A stretch of DNA of 64,000 bases from Vitreimonas sp. (GTDB lineage Bacteria > Patescibacteriota > Microgenomatia > UBA1400 > PJMF01), in the NCBI GenBank assembly GCA_035627515.1, contig DASPLQ010000012.1:1199705-1263704 (forward strand). Reading direction: 5' to 3'. Position numbers and translations under genes: made by a program. Shown piece by piece: positions 38,932-48,992 of this stretch; within the stretch, counting starts at the first letter, position 1; the number at the start of each line of letters is the position of its first letter. The notes below the pieces were generated by a model, which was not told the DNA's origin, did no database searches, and worked only from the letters and a program-made list of their open reading frames with translations.

Positions 38932-41900
38932 ACACCTCAATATACATGGCAGGCAACAAGAACAAAATAAGCAAGCCGGATACAGAAAGACCAGCAATAA
39001 TTGCCCCGCCTAGCCCTCTCCACAAAGGATCTGAAATCGTGACCGGCAACAACCCCACCACGGATGAAAAAGAACTCAGAAAAATAGCTTCTAACCGTGA
39101 GGATGAAGCATCCACGACCGCATCTTTAGTGCTAAAACCATACTCTAAGTTTAGGTTAATTTTCTCTGTCATCATCAGGGCATTGTTAACCACAATTCCA
39201 AATAGTGACAACACCCCAATTAAAGCCGGAAATGACAATGGGATTTGGAACAAGGTAAAGTTAATAGCCACCCCAATCAATGCTAACGGAATCACGATCA
39301 CTACTAAAATGGCTTTGCGAAATGATTTTAGCTGTAACACCATGGTCACTAAAATCATAAAAAATGAGATGCCCATCGCTTGGATAATTGATTGGACTGA
39401 TTTCTCATTTTCTTCATTAGCACCACCTACGTCCCAAGTATAACCAGCTGGCATATCATAGTCCTTCACTTTTTCTTGGAACTGGCGCAAGACTTCAGGA
39501 GAGGTTGTACCTTGAACATCAGCGGTAACTCTCACTACTCGTCGACCATCTTCGCGTTCGATCGAAAGAGGACTGTTTTCAAGTCGCAAAGTAGCCACTT
39601 CTGAAACTGTGTAGGACCCCAGAGCGCTCGGTAGGCTTAAATTAGTCAGCAGGTCGAGGTTCTGTGACGGTGTTTCTAATTGCAAGGTAATGTCACGATC
39701 TTCATTATCAATGATAGTATCAGTGGCTTCACTGCCAGAGAGAGCAGTCCGCAGCCATCCACCCACTTGTTGGGCACTCAAACCTCGCTCTGCCAACTCT
39801 TGAGGGTTGAGCTCGATGGTAATTTGGCCAGCGGATAATTTAAGTGAGTTATCAATATTAATAGTCCCCTGAATTTCACCTAACGTCTTTTGAAAATCTG
39901 CCGCAATCCTTTCCAATTCCTCTAATGACTCACCTTTCAAATTAACCTGAAAAGCTGAGCCCGCCGGCGGACCACCACTCAGTTCAACTACCGTAATTTT
40001 TGCTTCTCTGACTTCATTTAACATGGATCGCAACTCAGCGGTGATCGCTAATGAGTCACGGCCACGATCTTCTAACTCGGGCAATAAAACGGTCATCATC
40101 GCCAAATTACTACTACCACCTCCACCACCAAAGCTATTTAAAAAATTACTGCCCGTTGAACTTTGAATTGATTTAACTTCTGGCAACTGCAACACTATCG
40201 CTTCTACTTTTTCCAATACTTGTTCAGTCTCAGTGACTGTCCAACCGGCTGGCCCTTCGATGTTAATATAGAAGGTCTTGTTATCAGTCTTAGGGAAAAA
40301 CTCGGTTTTTAATAAACCAGTAAAAGCAAAGACTAAACTTACCACTAATAAAGCTGCAACTAACGCGAATACGGCCAATCGCCAGCGTCGGTAATCAACT
40401 ATTTTTGTGACACCACGGCGGTAGGCCTTGATCATTGGGTCTAGCGTCACTAAACTATTTTCTAATAAGCCTCTTTGTTTCACCCATAGCCAAGTGCGAT
40501 GCATAGCAGATGACCGGTTTCCTACCCGGTTAAATCCCGTCCGCACCACTGCTATCACTTTCTGACGAGCGATAAATAGCGCACAGATAAACAGTAAATA
40601 AACTAAAATCACCGGGATAGCTAATAACGAAGTACTCACCACGCTCCAGACAAACAGTAATGATAACAGTAACCCAAGGATCATCAGTAAAGCTTTCACC
40701 CGAGCCGGGATATGAGCTCCACGTAAGACAATGTTTAAAGGTAGGTTTAGCAAGGTCGCAATCGCGGTGGAAGATAACAATGTGGCTGTGACCACCAGTG
40801 GAATGGGTTTAATGAACTCGCCAATAATTCCGCTTGCTAACAACAGCGGCACAAATGACCACACCACCGTGATCGTGCCCACCCAAATGGGAATAAAAAA
40901 GTCTCTAAATACCATTAAACCAGTTTCAATTGAATTAAATTTTCGACCATAAGCCGTGGTCGATTGAGCCATCACAATGGCATCATCACCAATTAAACTC
41001 AACGCTAACAAGAGGGAAAACAACGATAAAAAGTTGAGAGATAAACCCATGATGTTCATGGCCACAAAAGTGCACATAATGACTAAGGGAATTGATAATG
41101 CTGCCACAGTGGCTTGGCGCAAACCGAGGAAAATCGTCAATACTAAAAACATCAAGCCAATGGAATTGACAAAGTTGCGTTGTAAATCCGCAAAGGTCCG
41201 GGTAATTTCTTCAGTAAAATTTAAGATGTCCACAGCTTTAACTTGTGGATATTTTTGGAGCGTTTCGTTAATGACTTGACGGGATTTTTGTTCAGCCGCA
41301 GTGATAGTTTCGTTTTCAGCTTTGAAAATAGCTACCTGAACTGCGTTTTGTCGAGAATTATTTTTTTCAGTATAACTTTGGAAACGTGTAATTTCTTTGG
41401 TTCGCAAATAGACTTGCGCCACTTGGCCAAGCTGAATCGTTTTCCCTTCCACTATGAGCGGTAAGGTCCGAATCTTGTCGAGACTGTCTAACTCACTATT
41501 GAGTGATAAGGTGTACTCTAGGCCGCCAATAGTAACATTGCCAGTGGGAAAGGTCAGATTATTGCCGCGAAGGGCTTGGGCGACTGCTTGCTCAGAGAGG
41601 TGGTAGGTTCGTAAACTACTTGGATCCAATGCCACGACTACTTCTTCTTCCTCAGCCCCAATTAAATCAGCACGACGAATGCCATTGACTTGTTCTAACT
41701 CATCCTTCAGTTCATCAGCCACCCGAGAAATAGTATATAAATCAACTTCACCGGTCAAAGCGATGGTTAAAAAGGGTTGGTCATTGACGTTAATTTTTTC
41801 CACCCGAGGTTCTGTTGCATCATCGGGAAGATCATCAATCAGCAAATCAATTTCTTCTTTAGTGGAACGGACGGCTTCTTCAGGATCCATTGAGCTCAAA

Positions 41901-42271
41901 AATTGAAACGTGACTACAGACACCCCTTGGGTGGAGCTGGAAACCACGTTATCTAAGTTGGGTAAATTTGGGGCAGCTTTTTCTAATTTCTGAGTTACTA
42001 ACTGCTCCACGTCACGAGGTGAAGCACCTGGTAAAGTAGTGATCACATTGACCGCCGGCAACACCACATCGGGATTTAATTCTCTGGGTAACTGCGCAAA
42101 GGAATACAAACCAAAGACCACAATGCCAATCATCATCAAAATTAACAAGCGTGGGTTGCGAAATAAAACTTCGATCCATTTCCCGCGCAGACTTTCATCA
42201 AAACGAAGTTTTTTAAGATACTCGGACTCAGCATCAATTTGAGGAGGTGGGGAAGATTTAGACTTAGCCAT
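38882..42271 (-). CDS. RND family efflux transporter permease (AcrB/HAE1-like)
   Basis: 1129 aa, 12-TM RND architecture with two large periplasmic loops. N-terminus RNPRLLILMMIGIVVFGLYSF. Confidence 0.85.
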   Translation of the reverse strand: MAKSKSSPPPQIDAESEYLKKLRFDESLRGKWIEVLFRNPRLLILMMIGIVVFGLYSFAQLPRELNPDVVLPAVNVITTLPGASPRDVEQLVTQKLEKAAPNLPNLDNVVSSSTQGVSVVTFQFLSSMDPEEAVRSTKEEIDLLIDDLPDDATEPRVEKINVNDQPFLTIALTGEVDLYTISRVADELKDELEQVNGIRRADLIGAEEEEVVVALDPSSLRTYHLSEQAVAQALRGNNLTFPTGNVTIGGLEYTLSLNSELDSLDKIRTLPLIVEGKTIQLGQVAQVYLRTKEITRFQSYTEKNNSRQNAVQVAIFKAENETITAAEQKSRQVINETLQKYPQVKAVDILNFTEEITRTFADLQRNFVNSIGLMFLVLTIFLGLRQATVAALSIPLVIMCTFVAMNIMGLSLNFLSLFSLLLALSLIGDDAIVMAQSTTAYGRKFNSIETGLMVFRDFFIPIWVGTITVVWSFVPLLLASGIIGEFIKPIPLVVTATLLSSTAIATLLNLPLNIVLRGAHIPARVKALLMILGLLLSLLFVWSVVSTSLLAIPVILVYLLFICALFIARQKVIAVVRTGFNRVGNRSSAMHRTWLWVKQRGLLENSLVTLDPMIKAYRRGVTKIVDYRRWRLAVFALVAALLVVSLVFAFTGLLKTEFFPKTDNKTFYINIEGPAGWTVTETEQVLEKVEAIVLQLPEVKSIQSSTGSNFLNSFGGGGGSSNLAMMTVLLPELEDRGRDSLAITAELRSMLNEVREAKITVVELSGGPPAGSAFQVNLKGESLEELERIAADFQKTLGEIQGTINIDNSLKLSAGQITIELNPQELAERGLSAQQVGGWLRTALSGSEATDTIIDNEDRDITLQLETPSQNLDLLTNLSLPSALGSYTVSEVATLRLENSPLSIEREDGRRVVRVTADVQGTTSPEVLRQFQEKVKDYDMPAGYTWDVGGANEENEKSVQSIIQAMGISFFMILVTMVLQLKSFRKAILVVIVIPLALIGVAINFTLFQIPLSFPALIGVLSLFGIVVNNALMMTEKINLNLEYGFSTKDAVVDASSSRLEAIFLSSFSSVVGLLPVTISDPLWRGLGGAIIAGLSVSGLLILFLLPAMYIEVYGTKETASSSQTRAKK

Positions 42272-42276
42272 GCTGA

Positions 42277-43722
42277 TTATCCTAATTCTTGGACACTCCG
42301 CACTGGAGTGCTCTGGATGACTGGCTCTACAGCTTCACCTTCTAAAACTCGACGATCCAAAATCACAATATCATTGGGGAGCGGACCGGTTTTAATTTCC
42401 ACGGTACTACCCACGATCTCACCAGTTTCAATCACTTTTTTGACTGCACGACCATTTTCCGCCACCAGCACATAACTACCATTATTGGTTACAAAAATGG
42501 CATCTAAGGGTAAGAAAGAGTTGCCCTCAATTAAGGTTTGAGTATAAAGAGGCAGCGTCACTGCCACGGCTGATTCTTCGGGAATAAACTCTTGATACTC
42601 CGCTGGAAGAACTGCCAACACTTCAAATAACTGCCCATTGATGGGGGTAGAGGAAACATGGGTAATGGGGACAACAAACTCACGATCATTCAGGACAACT
42701 ATTAAGTCTTGTTGAGCATCTATGCGGCTAGCTACTGCCCCTGCTACCGAAATTTGCAGACTGAGATTGGCATCACCTTTAATCTTAGCTACAGGTGTCC
42801 CTGGTGTGACATACTGGCCAGGATTGACATATACTTTCTCAATTGTCCCTGAAAAAGGTGCCACCACCCGGGTAGATGCCTCATTAATTTTAGCCAACTG
42901 TAAGCTCAAAGCTGAAACCTCTTGATTAATTTGGGCTTGCTTGAGCTGCAGTTCAGTCGTTTTGTAAACTAAGTCTTTGGTAATATCAGCAATTTTAGTA
43001 GGCGGATTGCCAGTTGCTACTGCATACTCGGCTGATCGCAGCCCCGAACGATTTGAGTTTTGAATTCCCCGATAGGTTATCAAAGATTGGCGCAAAGATT
43101 GAATGGTAGTGGCGTTATTAGTACTAGCTTGTTCGGTAGCAATATCACTTTCAATTTTACTAATCACTTGATCAGTAGTAGTCAGTATACTTTTAATCTC
43201 ATCAATTGATTTCTCAGTGATTTTGCGCAGCTCTTCAGTATTATCACGATTTTTATCGGCTAACTCACGATTTTTTGATACCACCTCCACAGTGTTCTTA
43301 AGAGTTTCTTGAGCTAGTTCATAATTTTTACCCGCAATTTGGCGTTGAACGGTAGCGGCGCTGCCAGCGCCATAGGCAGAGGTTTGATTAAGGAGTAACG
43401 TTCCTTTTTTGACTGTTTTTCCTTCAGCAACTTTCACTTGTCCCACCGGACCTGCCGTTTGTGCCACTAACGTAATTGAACTCAAATTTTTAACCGTGCC
43501 CACGGCCTGTTCAGAAATTTCTGTTGATCCAAATCGTAAGGCATTGACCTTGCGAGGGGGAACTTCAGAAGTGGTAACAACCGGCTCAGGCTTTTGAAAG
43601 TAACGCGCTAAAACTAAGCCTTGAGCAAAAACAATTGCTAAGACTACTACAATTACTAATCCAAACCGATGGAAAAAAGACGTTAGAGCAGCTCTCATTT
43701 TCTTCATAAAACCAATCAACAC
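42277..43722 (-). CDS. efflux RND periplasmic adaptor (membrane fusion protein, HlyD family)
   Basis: 481 aa. N-terminal TM, long coiled coil, biotinyl/lipoyl-like and beta-barrel segments (VAPFSGTIEKVYVNPGQYV). Confidence 0.75.
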   Translation of the reverse strand: MLIGFMKKMRAALTSFFHRFGLVIVVVLAIVFAQGLVLARYFQKPEPVVTTSEVPPRKVNALRFGSTEISEQAVGTVKNLSSITLVAQTAGPVGQVKVAEGKTVKKGTLLLNQTSAYGAGSAATVQRQIAGKNYELAQETLKNTVEVVSKNRELADKNRDNTEELRKITEKSIDEIKSILTTTDQVISKIESDIATEQASTNNATTIQSLRQSLITYRGIQNSNRSGLRSAEYAVATGNPPTKIADITKDLVYKTTELQLKQAQINQEVSALSLQLAKINEASTRVVAPFSGTIEKVYVNPGQYVTPGTPVAKIKGDANLSLQISVAGAVASRIDAQQDLIVVLNDREFVVPITHVSSTPINGQLFEVLAVLPAEYQEFIPEESAVAVTLPLYTQTLIEGNSFLPLDAIFVTNNGSYVLVAENGRAVKKVIETGEIVGSTVEIKTGPLPNDIVILDRRVLEGEAVEPVIQSTPVRSVQELG

Positions 43723-43741
43723 ACCTCAACGACTATAATAG

Positions 43742-43753
43742 TTAACATGTTAA
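43742..43753. promoter_or_regulatory. candidate MarR operator (perfect 12-bp palindrome TTAACATGTTAA) in divergent promoter region
   Basis: Perfect palindrome TTAACATGTTAA. It sits next to a TATAAT box (43734-39), between the divergent marR gene and the MFP-RND operon. Confidence 0.4.
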
Positions 43754-43778
43754 TTGTCAACGTGATAAAATAGGCGGA

Positions 43779-44231
43779 TTGAGTATGAAAGAACCTAAAA
43801 TTAATTGTTTACCTACCCATCGCTTTCGATCCAGCCCCCTGATCAAACTCGTACTGACCATGCTCAAAAAAGCTGACTTCATTCTCAGGCGCGAATGTGA
43901 TTTAACACACTCGCAATGCCAAGTTTTGGGCCTTCTTAAGTTTAACGAAGTTTTGTCTCAAGATCAAATAGCGCAAGTTCTGGATTTAACCCCAGCTGCA
44001 GTCAGTCGCCTCACGGAAACTCTTCAGGAAAAAAAATATATTCAGCGCCAAGAAAACCCTGACAATCGTCGCCAGAATCAACTCAAGTTAACCTCAGCGG
44101 GAGAGAAAAACCTCGAAAAGGCTCTTGAGATTATCAAAACTCTAGAGGATAGATTACTGGGGAACTTAAATGATAAACGCAGCCAAGAGTTTCTCACCAC
44201 GGCGGATTATCTCTTAAAACTAATTGAGTAG
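43779..44231 (+). CDS. MarR family transcriptional regulator
   Basis: 150 aa. Winged-HTH region (LSQDQIAQVLDLTPAAVSRLTETLQEKKYIQRQENPDNRRQNQLKLTSAGEK). Confidence 0.8.
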   Translation: MSMKEPKINCLPTHRFRSSPLIKLVLTMLKKADFILRRECDLTHSQCQVLGLLKFNEVLSQDQIAQVLDLTPAAVSRLTETLQEKKYIQRQENPDNRRQNQLKLTSAGEKNLEKALEIIKTLEDRLLGNLNDKRSQEFLTTADYLLKLIE

Positions 44232-44280
44232 CTGGCCTCTAGGCGCCAACCAGACCCCATACTATAATATGTCGTCATAT

Positions 44281-44354
<74 letters not shown>

Positions 44355-44369
44355 CAAAATATTGGCATT

Positions 44370-45233
44370 CTACTTTGGCCAGGGAAGTGTCCAAACATAC
44401 TTTTGCTTATTTCTTGGCCCTCCCCGAGATTTCTTTTTATTTGACGGCTGTTTACTTTCTTCCCATCTCTTGATTTCAAGTTCAGAAAAGGCTAAAGCAT
44501 GAAATCTCGTACTTTGGGTCATCAGGAACACACCAAGCTTTACTTCATCATTTGACGAGTAATAAATTTTTCTTCGGTCTAGATCAATGCGCACCGGCAC
44601 AGGTGAATCAGCAAAGAGGTCGTTGTAATGAATATACTTCCATTTGCTCCGAGAGGTTCGAGTTGTTGAATTCTGATACCAGATTCTAATTGGAATTCTC
44701 AGCTCATTGAGTAAAGACGTCACTAATAGTTGTCGCTTGGGAGAAGGAATTTTCTTAACTTCAGTATTACGATTAGCTGCTTTCTCCAGTGGTAAGCTAC
44801 TCCAGCTCAATCGTTCAGCTAAAACAGGCTGACTGCGTTCTATGCCTTTCAGCAACCGTTTAATAACTTCATCAAAATGAGTCGTAACGCTGTCTCGAGC
44901 TCTTTTTATTTCAGGGCCACTTGGTTGAGGTCGAGAAGGAACATTGCTCGGTTTTAAGTATTGTTGGTAAATTTCCCATTTACTAAGCTCAGTCAAAAAA
45001 TAATGGAGCACCATTTTAAAACCTTCATCTAGCTTTTGGCCATGCTCATCCTCTTCTATTGCCTCACTTAATTCGGTGAACACATTTAACTGAATTGCCA
45101 AAAGAAAAAGTTGAGCCACGTCTCTATTAACGCCTAAGTCTCTAAACCGCACCTCAAAGCTTGTGAGCGTGCCATCTAAGTCTTGGATGCCTAATGCCGT
45201 CAAATACTCGGTTAAATAAAGATTATCTTCCAT
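44370..45233 (-). CDS. hypothetical protein (orphan, between two tRNA genes)
   Basis: 287 aa ORF with no recognisable motifs. Basic C-terminus (KKKSRGGPRNKQK). Confidence 0.45.
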   Translation of the reverse strand: MEDNLYLTEYLTALGIQDLDGTLTSFEVRFRDLGVNRDVAQLFLLAIQLNVFTELSEAIEEDEHGQKLDEGFKMVLHYFLTELSKWEIYQQYLKPSNVPSRPQPSGPEIKRARDSVTTHFDEVIKRLLKGIERSQPVLAERLSWSSLPLEKAANRNTEVKKIPSPKRQLLVTSLLNELRIPIRIWYQNSTTRTSRSKWKYIHYNDLFADSPVPVRIDLDRRKIYYSSNDEVKLGVFLMTQSTRFHALAFSELEIKRWEESKQPSNKKKSRGGPRNKQKYVWTLPWPK

Positions 45234-45298
45234 TGTCAGCTATTATATCTCCTGTGTGGCCAAAGACAGGGGAAACTGTTATAATTTCAGGTCTGAAT

Positions 45299-45373
45299 GG
45301 TGGTATTAGCTCAGTTGGTTAGAGCGCTGCTCTGTGAAAGCAGAGGTCGCCGGTTCGAGTCCGGTATACCACC
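45299..45373 (+). tRNA. tRNA-His (anticodon GTG) with genomically encoded G-1
   Basis: Acceptor GTGGTAT/ATACCAC. Extra 5' G pairs with discriminator C. Anticodon stem-loop CTGCT-CTGTGAA-AGCAG. T-arm GCCGGTTCGAGTCCGGT. TATAAT at 45278-83. Confidence 0.85.
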
Positions 45374-45455
45374 CAAGTGAATCTTCCTCAAATAATCCTT
45401 CTAGATATTGTTAGTTGGGGTCATTTTTGATTATATAAATTGCTACAATGTCTAC

Positions 45456-45815
45456 ATGCCACAAAAAAAGCTAACTCTTAAATTTAAATTACTGCTGATC
45501 TTTGTTTTTATATCATTAATCTATTACAGCTTTACCTCCGCTACTATTTTATATCTGATCTTTAAAGAACACTCTTTTTACATGTTATTAAATGAAATTG
45601 TCCTTTTTATATTACTTTGGACAGTTGCTCAAATTGGGCTAGTTACAGTACAAAAGTGGGGGGTTTATTTAGCAGCAGTACTCTCAATTATAGTATTGGC
45701 CCAAACATTAATGATGGGGTTAGGCATTGGGAATATTCATGGATTTAGTTTACATTTACTCTTTTTTGTCTTGATATTGCTGAACAAGGACGAGTATTTT
45801 TCTCAGTCAACTTAA
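45456..45815 (+). CDS. small multi-pass membrane protein, hypothetical (AT-rich island)
   Basis: Probable start MPQKK at 45456 (the track ORF starts at 45408). 4 hydrophobic helices. Very AT-rich DNA. Confidence 0.4.
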   Translation: MPQKKLTLKFKLLLIFVFISLIYYSFTSATILYLIFKEHSFYMLLNEIVLFILLWTVAQIGLVTVQKWGVYLAAVLSIIVLAQTLMMGLGIGNIHGFSLHLLFFVLILLNKDEYFSQST

Positions 45816-45824
45816 AAGCCAAAT

Positions 45825-46295
45825 ATGGTAAAAATCAGATGTACTGATAACTTTGGCAAGCCACACGAATTCAATGAAAGTGAATATATTGATCGGGAAT
45901 CAGTCCATGGCATTCTCTTACTAAAAGATTCAGTCTTATTAGTTGAAGACAGACACTCAAAATTTTGGGACTTTCCAGGTGGAGGAGTAGAGAAAGATGA
46001 AAATTTAATTCAGGCCTTAAAAAGGGAATTTATTGAGGAAACAGGAATAACTGATATCTCGATTGGAGTAGAAGTAGAAAACTCAATAGATTATTTTTTC
46101 AATGTTCATTCCCAGGAACCTTGGCGATCTCACCGCCACTTCTATTTAGTTAAAGCGAACATACATGAATTAAAGACTCAAACAAATGCTGAAGATATTT
46201 GTGAAGCAAAGCTTATTCCCGTTGCAGAACTCTTAGGATATAAAATTAAAGATAAAGCAAAAGAACTAATTATTAACCTAACAAAGCAGGCTTAA
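45825..46295 (+). CDS. Nudix hydrolase
   Basis: 156 aa. Nudix box GGGVEKDENLIQALKREFIEETGI. Confidence 0.7.
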   Translation: MVKIRCTDNFGKPHEFNESEYIDRESVHGILLLKDSVLLVEDRHSKFWDFPGGGVEKDENLIQALKREFIEETGITDISIGVEVENSIDYFFNVHSQEPWRSHRHFYLVKANIHELKTQTNAEDICEAKLIPVAELLGYKIKDKAKELIINLTKQA

Positions 46296-46367
46296 AACAG
46301 GTTCGAACGTCACCTAGCCAGTGATCTAACCATTTCTATAATTACATTAATTTGATACTATCAAACT

Positions 46368-46793
46368 ATGATTAAAATAAATACTTGGATCAACTTTAAC
46401 GGTAATGCTGAAGAAGCATTTAATTTTTACAAATCAGTTTTCGGTGGAGAGTTTACAAAGGTGGTGCGTTTCAAAGATATCGCAAGTGATGAATTCCCCG
46501 TAGCTGAAAAAGAAGAAAATAAAATAATGTATATTGCTTTACCTATTAGCAACACTGCTATGTTGATCGCCAATGATGTGCCGGAAGTTTTAGGTCAAGT
46601 AAATGAGCGTGAAAATCGCAGTAAAATTATGGTGAGTGCAGAAAGTAAAGAAGAGGCGGAAAGATTATTTCATGGCCTTTCAGCCGATGGGGAAGTCGAA
46701 GGACCTATGGGAAACAGTCCATGGGGCTCATATGCCGGTATGTTTAGAGATAAATACGGTATTGAGTGGATAATTGAATTTTCTCCTAATTAA
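46368..46793 (+). CDS. VOC/glyoxalase-fold protein (PhnB-like)
   Basis: 141 aa. MIKINTWINFNGNAEEAFNFYKSVFGG... resembles PhnB/COG2764. Confidence 0.6.
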   Translation: MIKINTWINFNGNAEEAFNFYKSVFGGEFTKVVRFKDIASDEFPVAEKEENKIMYIALPISNTAMLIANDVPEVLGQVNERENRSKIMVSAESKEEAERLFHGLSADGEVEGPMGNSPWGSYAGMFRDKYGIEWIIEFSPN

Positions 46794-46829
46794 TAGTTTT
46801 TCACATTTTTTTATACGAGGGAAAATTAA

Positions 46830-47141
46830 GTGATAAGAAAAGAAACTCTTATTCCCTTTATAGGAGTTTTAATCTTCTTTGCGTTTGTTTCTTGGTTTGT
46901 TTATGGGCACTGGGTTGAACTCCATTGTATAAGTTATGGGCATAACCATAGGAGCCCTAACAACGAATTAATCCCGGCAACAGAAGAAGAAAAGAAGCGT
47001 TTTGGGCTAAGCGAAACAGCCACTATTTCACTGTCATTACACTATCAGGATCAATGCCAAAGAGCTCTTTGGTTTAATGTTTTTAACCAATCTCCATCTG
47101 CCACGTTCACTAGTTTAAAAGCATATTTACTTGATAACTAA
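46830..47141 (+). CDS. small membrane-anchored hypothetical protein
   Basis: 103 aa, N-terminal TM. Overlaps the next gene by 11 nt. Confidence 0.35.
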   Translation: MIRKETLIPFIGVLIFFAFVSWFVYGHWVELHCISYGHNHRSPNNELIPATEEEKKRFGLSETATISLSLHYQDQCQRALWFNVFNQSPSATFTSLKAYLLDN

Positions 47142-48372
47142 AATAAATTCTCTTATGAGCAATAAGCTAGAATCGCTACGCCAACACTCACAAATTGAGA
47201 CAGACAATCATGCTCTAATTCCTGAACAAGTGTTGAAGCTTATTAATACAGAACTATTACATGCTCCAATCGCCTCACACATTCTCAGAGAACATACAAT
47301 TACAACTGACTTATATGAAAAGAGATTTAAAGGGATCTGTGGGTGGATATTTCAAGAATTTGAACCAGAAGTAAACGAGTTTATTAAACCAGAAATATTT
47401 ATAGTCTTTTTTGGAATTGCCAACCAATTAGTTGAATTAACTCTTGACCCAAAGATAACTGAAGTATCTCAAAATCAAATACTTTTTTTATTAGAAGTCT
47501 TGGAGGAAATGACTACAGAAAAAGCAGATGTGGGAAAAATAGCTGAAGTTGAAAAATTAGTACAAGAGTTAGAAATATTAAAAGATGAAACCTTAACACA
47601 ACAGGTTATAGATTCATTAAAGGCAAATAAACAATTCCGAGATTTTAAAAAGAATATAGGAATTAGAATCACAGGGGAAACTCCTTTTAGTATTTGTGTT
47701 ATTAGTAGTCATGATTGGCCACAATCACGATTTATACCTAATAATTCCACAGCGTTCGTCATAGGCTCCACCTACTATATTAATGCCCTTCAAGCCCAAA
47801 AAATAATAGCCGGTGATAAAACAGAAATATCTGGAGCAATACATGAATACACACATCTTCAAAGACCTTTTAACCGAGGAAAATCTAATAACTTAAACTA
47901 TCTATTTTATGAATTAATTGCGCACTCATATGGTGGAGGAGAACACTATGATGTTTTGGCTTTGTGGTTTTTCCTGAGAGTTGTAACAAAAAATGAAATA
48001 GTCAGAAAAATTGATAAATATGTGATGACTAATGAGCAAGGCAAAATACTTCCTTGGCTAGCACATAAGGTTGGTTATAACTATCTTCTCTATGCTGCAG
48101 TAAAAAAGCCTCAGTATTATGAGTCAAACCAAAATAATAACTTTGCACACGTACCTGAATTAGAAAGAGGATATAAAGGTACTATTCAACTTATCCAAAT
48201 GATGTATGAGGAATATTTAAAAATTAATGGCTATGATAAAGAGCAAGAAATTATCACTTGGTTGAAAGAAGATAAGAATGATTACTTAAGAAAAGGCTGC
48301 AATGTCATTGACGTTGTTTTGGGTAAAGGTTTGCCAGATCCCTTAAATGAAATCATTGTAGAACCATGGTGA
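47131..48372 (+). CDS. hypothetical protein with HExxH zincin-like motif (HEYTHLQ)
   Basis: 413 aa. Single HExxH (AIHEYTHLQRP) in the C-terminal half. Low-GC gene. Confidence 0.45.
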   Translation: MITKINSLMSNKLESLRQHSQIETDNHALIPEQVLKLINTELLHAPIASHILREHTITTDLYEKRFKGICGWIFQEFEPEVNEFIKPEIFIVFFGIANQLVELTLDPKITEVSQNQILFLLEVLEEMTTEKADVGKIAEVEKLVQELEILKDETLTQQVIDSLKANKQFRDFKKNIGIRITGETPFSICVISSHDWPQSRFIPNNSTAFVIGSTYYINALQAQKIIAGDKTEISGAIHEYTHLQRPFNRGKSNNLNYLFYELIAHSYGGGEHYDVLALWFFLRVVTKNEIVRKIDKYVMTNEQGKILPWLAHKVGYNYLLYAAVKKPQYYESNQNNNFAHVPELERGYKGTIQLIQMMYEEYLKINGYDKEQEIITWLKEDKNDYLRKGCNVIDVVLGKGLPDPLNEIIVEPW

Positions 48373-48379
48373 AAACTGT

Positions 48380-48946
48380 TCATAAAAACTTTTTCCCATT
48401 TTCCAACATCTGAATCATTTTCTCTATCCGTCGTTTGCGTGTTTCTTCCTTTTTAGCACGTTGCAGCTGATAGGCGATGTAGAAAGTATTAGTTTTGTTT
48501 AAGGTCTTAAAAAACTCAGCAGCTTTTTTATTGTGCTTTAAGGCAATTAAAAAATCTTCGGGGATTTTAGCATTGGCTGGAGATTCATAAGCTTGAGCCC
48601 ATCTACCATCTGCTTTTGCCGCTTCTACCGCCGCTATCCCAGCTGGCATCATTTTGCCCTCCCGTGTCAATCTTTCGATGTGTTGGGTATTGATCTTCGA
48701 CCACACACTTTTGGCTCTACGAGGTGTAAATCTTTGTGCATAAGAAAGGTCGTCATATTTATTGACAATGCCATCAATCCATCCAAAGCATAACGCCTCA
48801 TCTAAGGCCTGATCATAATTCATACCGGTTTTACCAGAGGCTTTTTTCCAAAAACCAACCCAAATTTCAGTTTCGTTATCATGGTGGGCTGACAGCCATT
48901 TGCGAAACTCGGCCGGTGTCTTAAAGAAAAGGGGTTTAATGTTCAT
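48380..48946 (-). CDS. YdeI/OmpD-associated family protein
   Basis: 188 aa with family-typical segments. Confidence 0.55.
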   Translation of the reverse strand: MNIKPLFFKTPAEFRKWLSAHHDNETEIWVGFWKKASGKTGMNYDQALDEALCFGWIDGIVNKYDDLSYAQRFTPRRAKSVWSKINTQHIERLTREGKMMPAGIAAVEAAKADGRWAQAYESPANAKIPEDFLIALKHNKKAAEFFKTLNKTNTFYIAYQLQRAKKEETRKRRIEKMIQMLENGKKFL

Positions 48947-48992
48947 ATAAAGACTTCGATTATTTTACCTCAAATCCTGATAAAATAACTCT

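Noticed and set aside
38946-41464. Several plus-strand ORFs (38946-39443, 40731-40952, 40977-41279, 41243-41464) inside the RND gene
   Set aside because: Antisense to a 1129-aa conserved transporter gene. Hydrophobic mirror translations typical of membrane-gene antisense frames.
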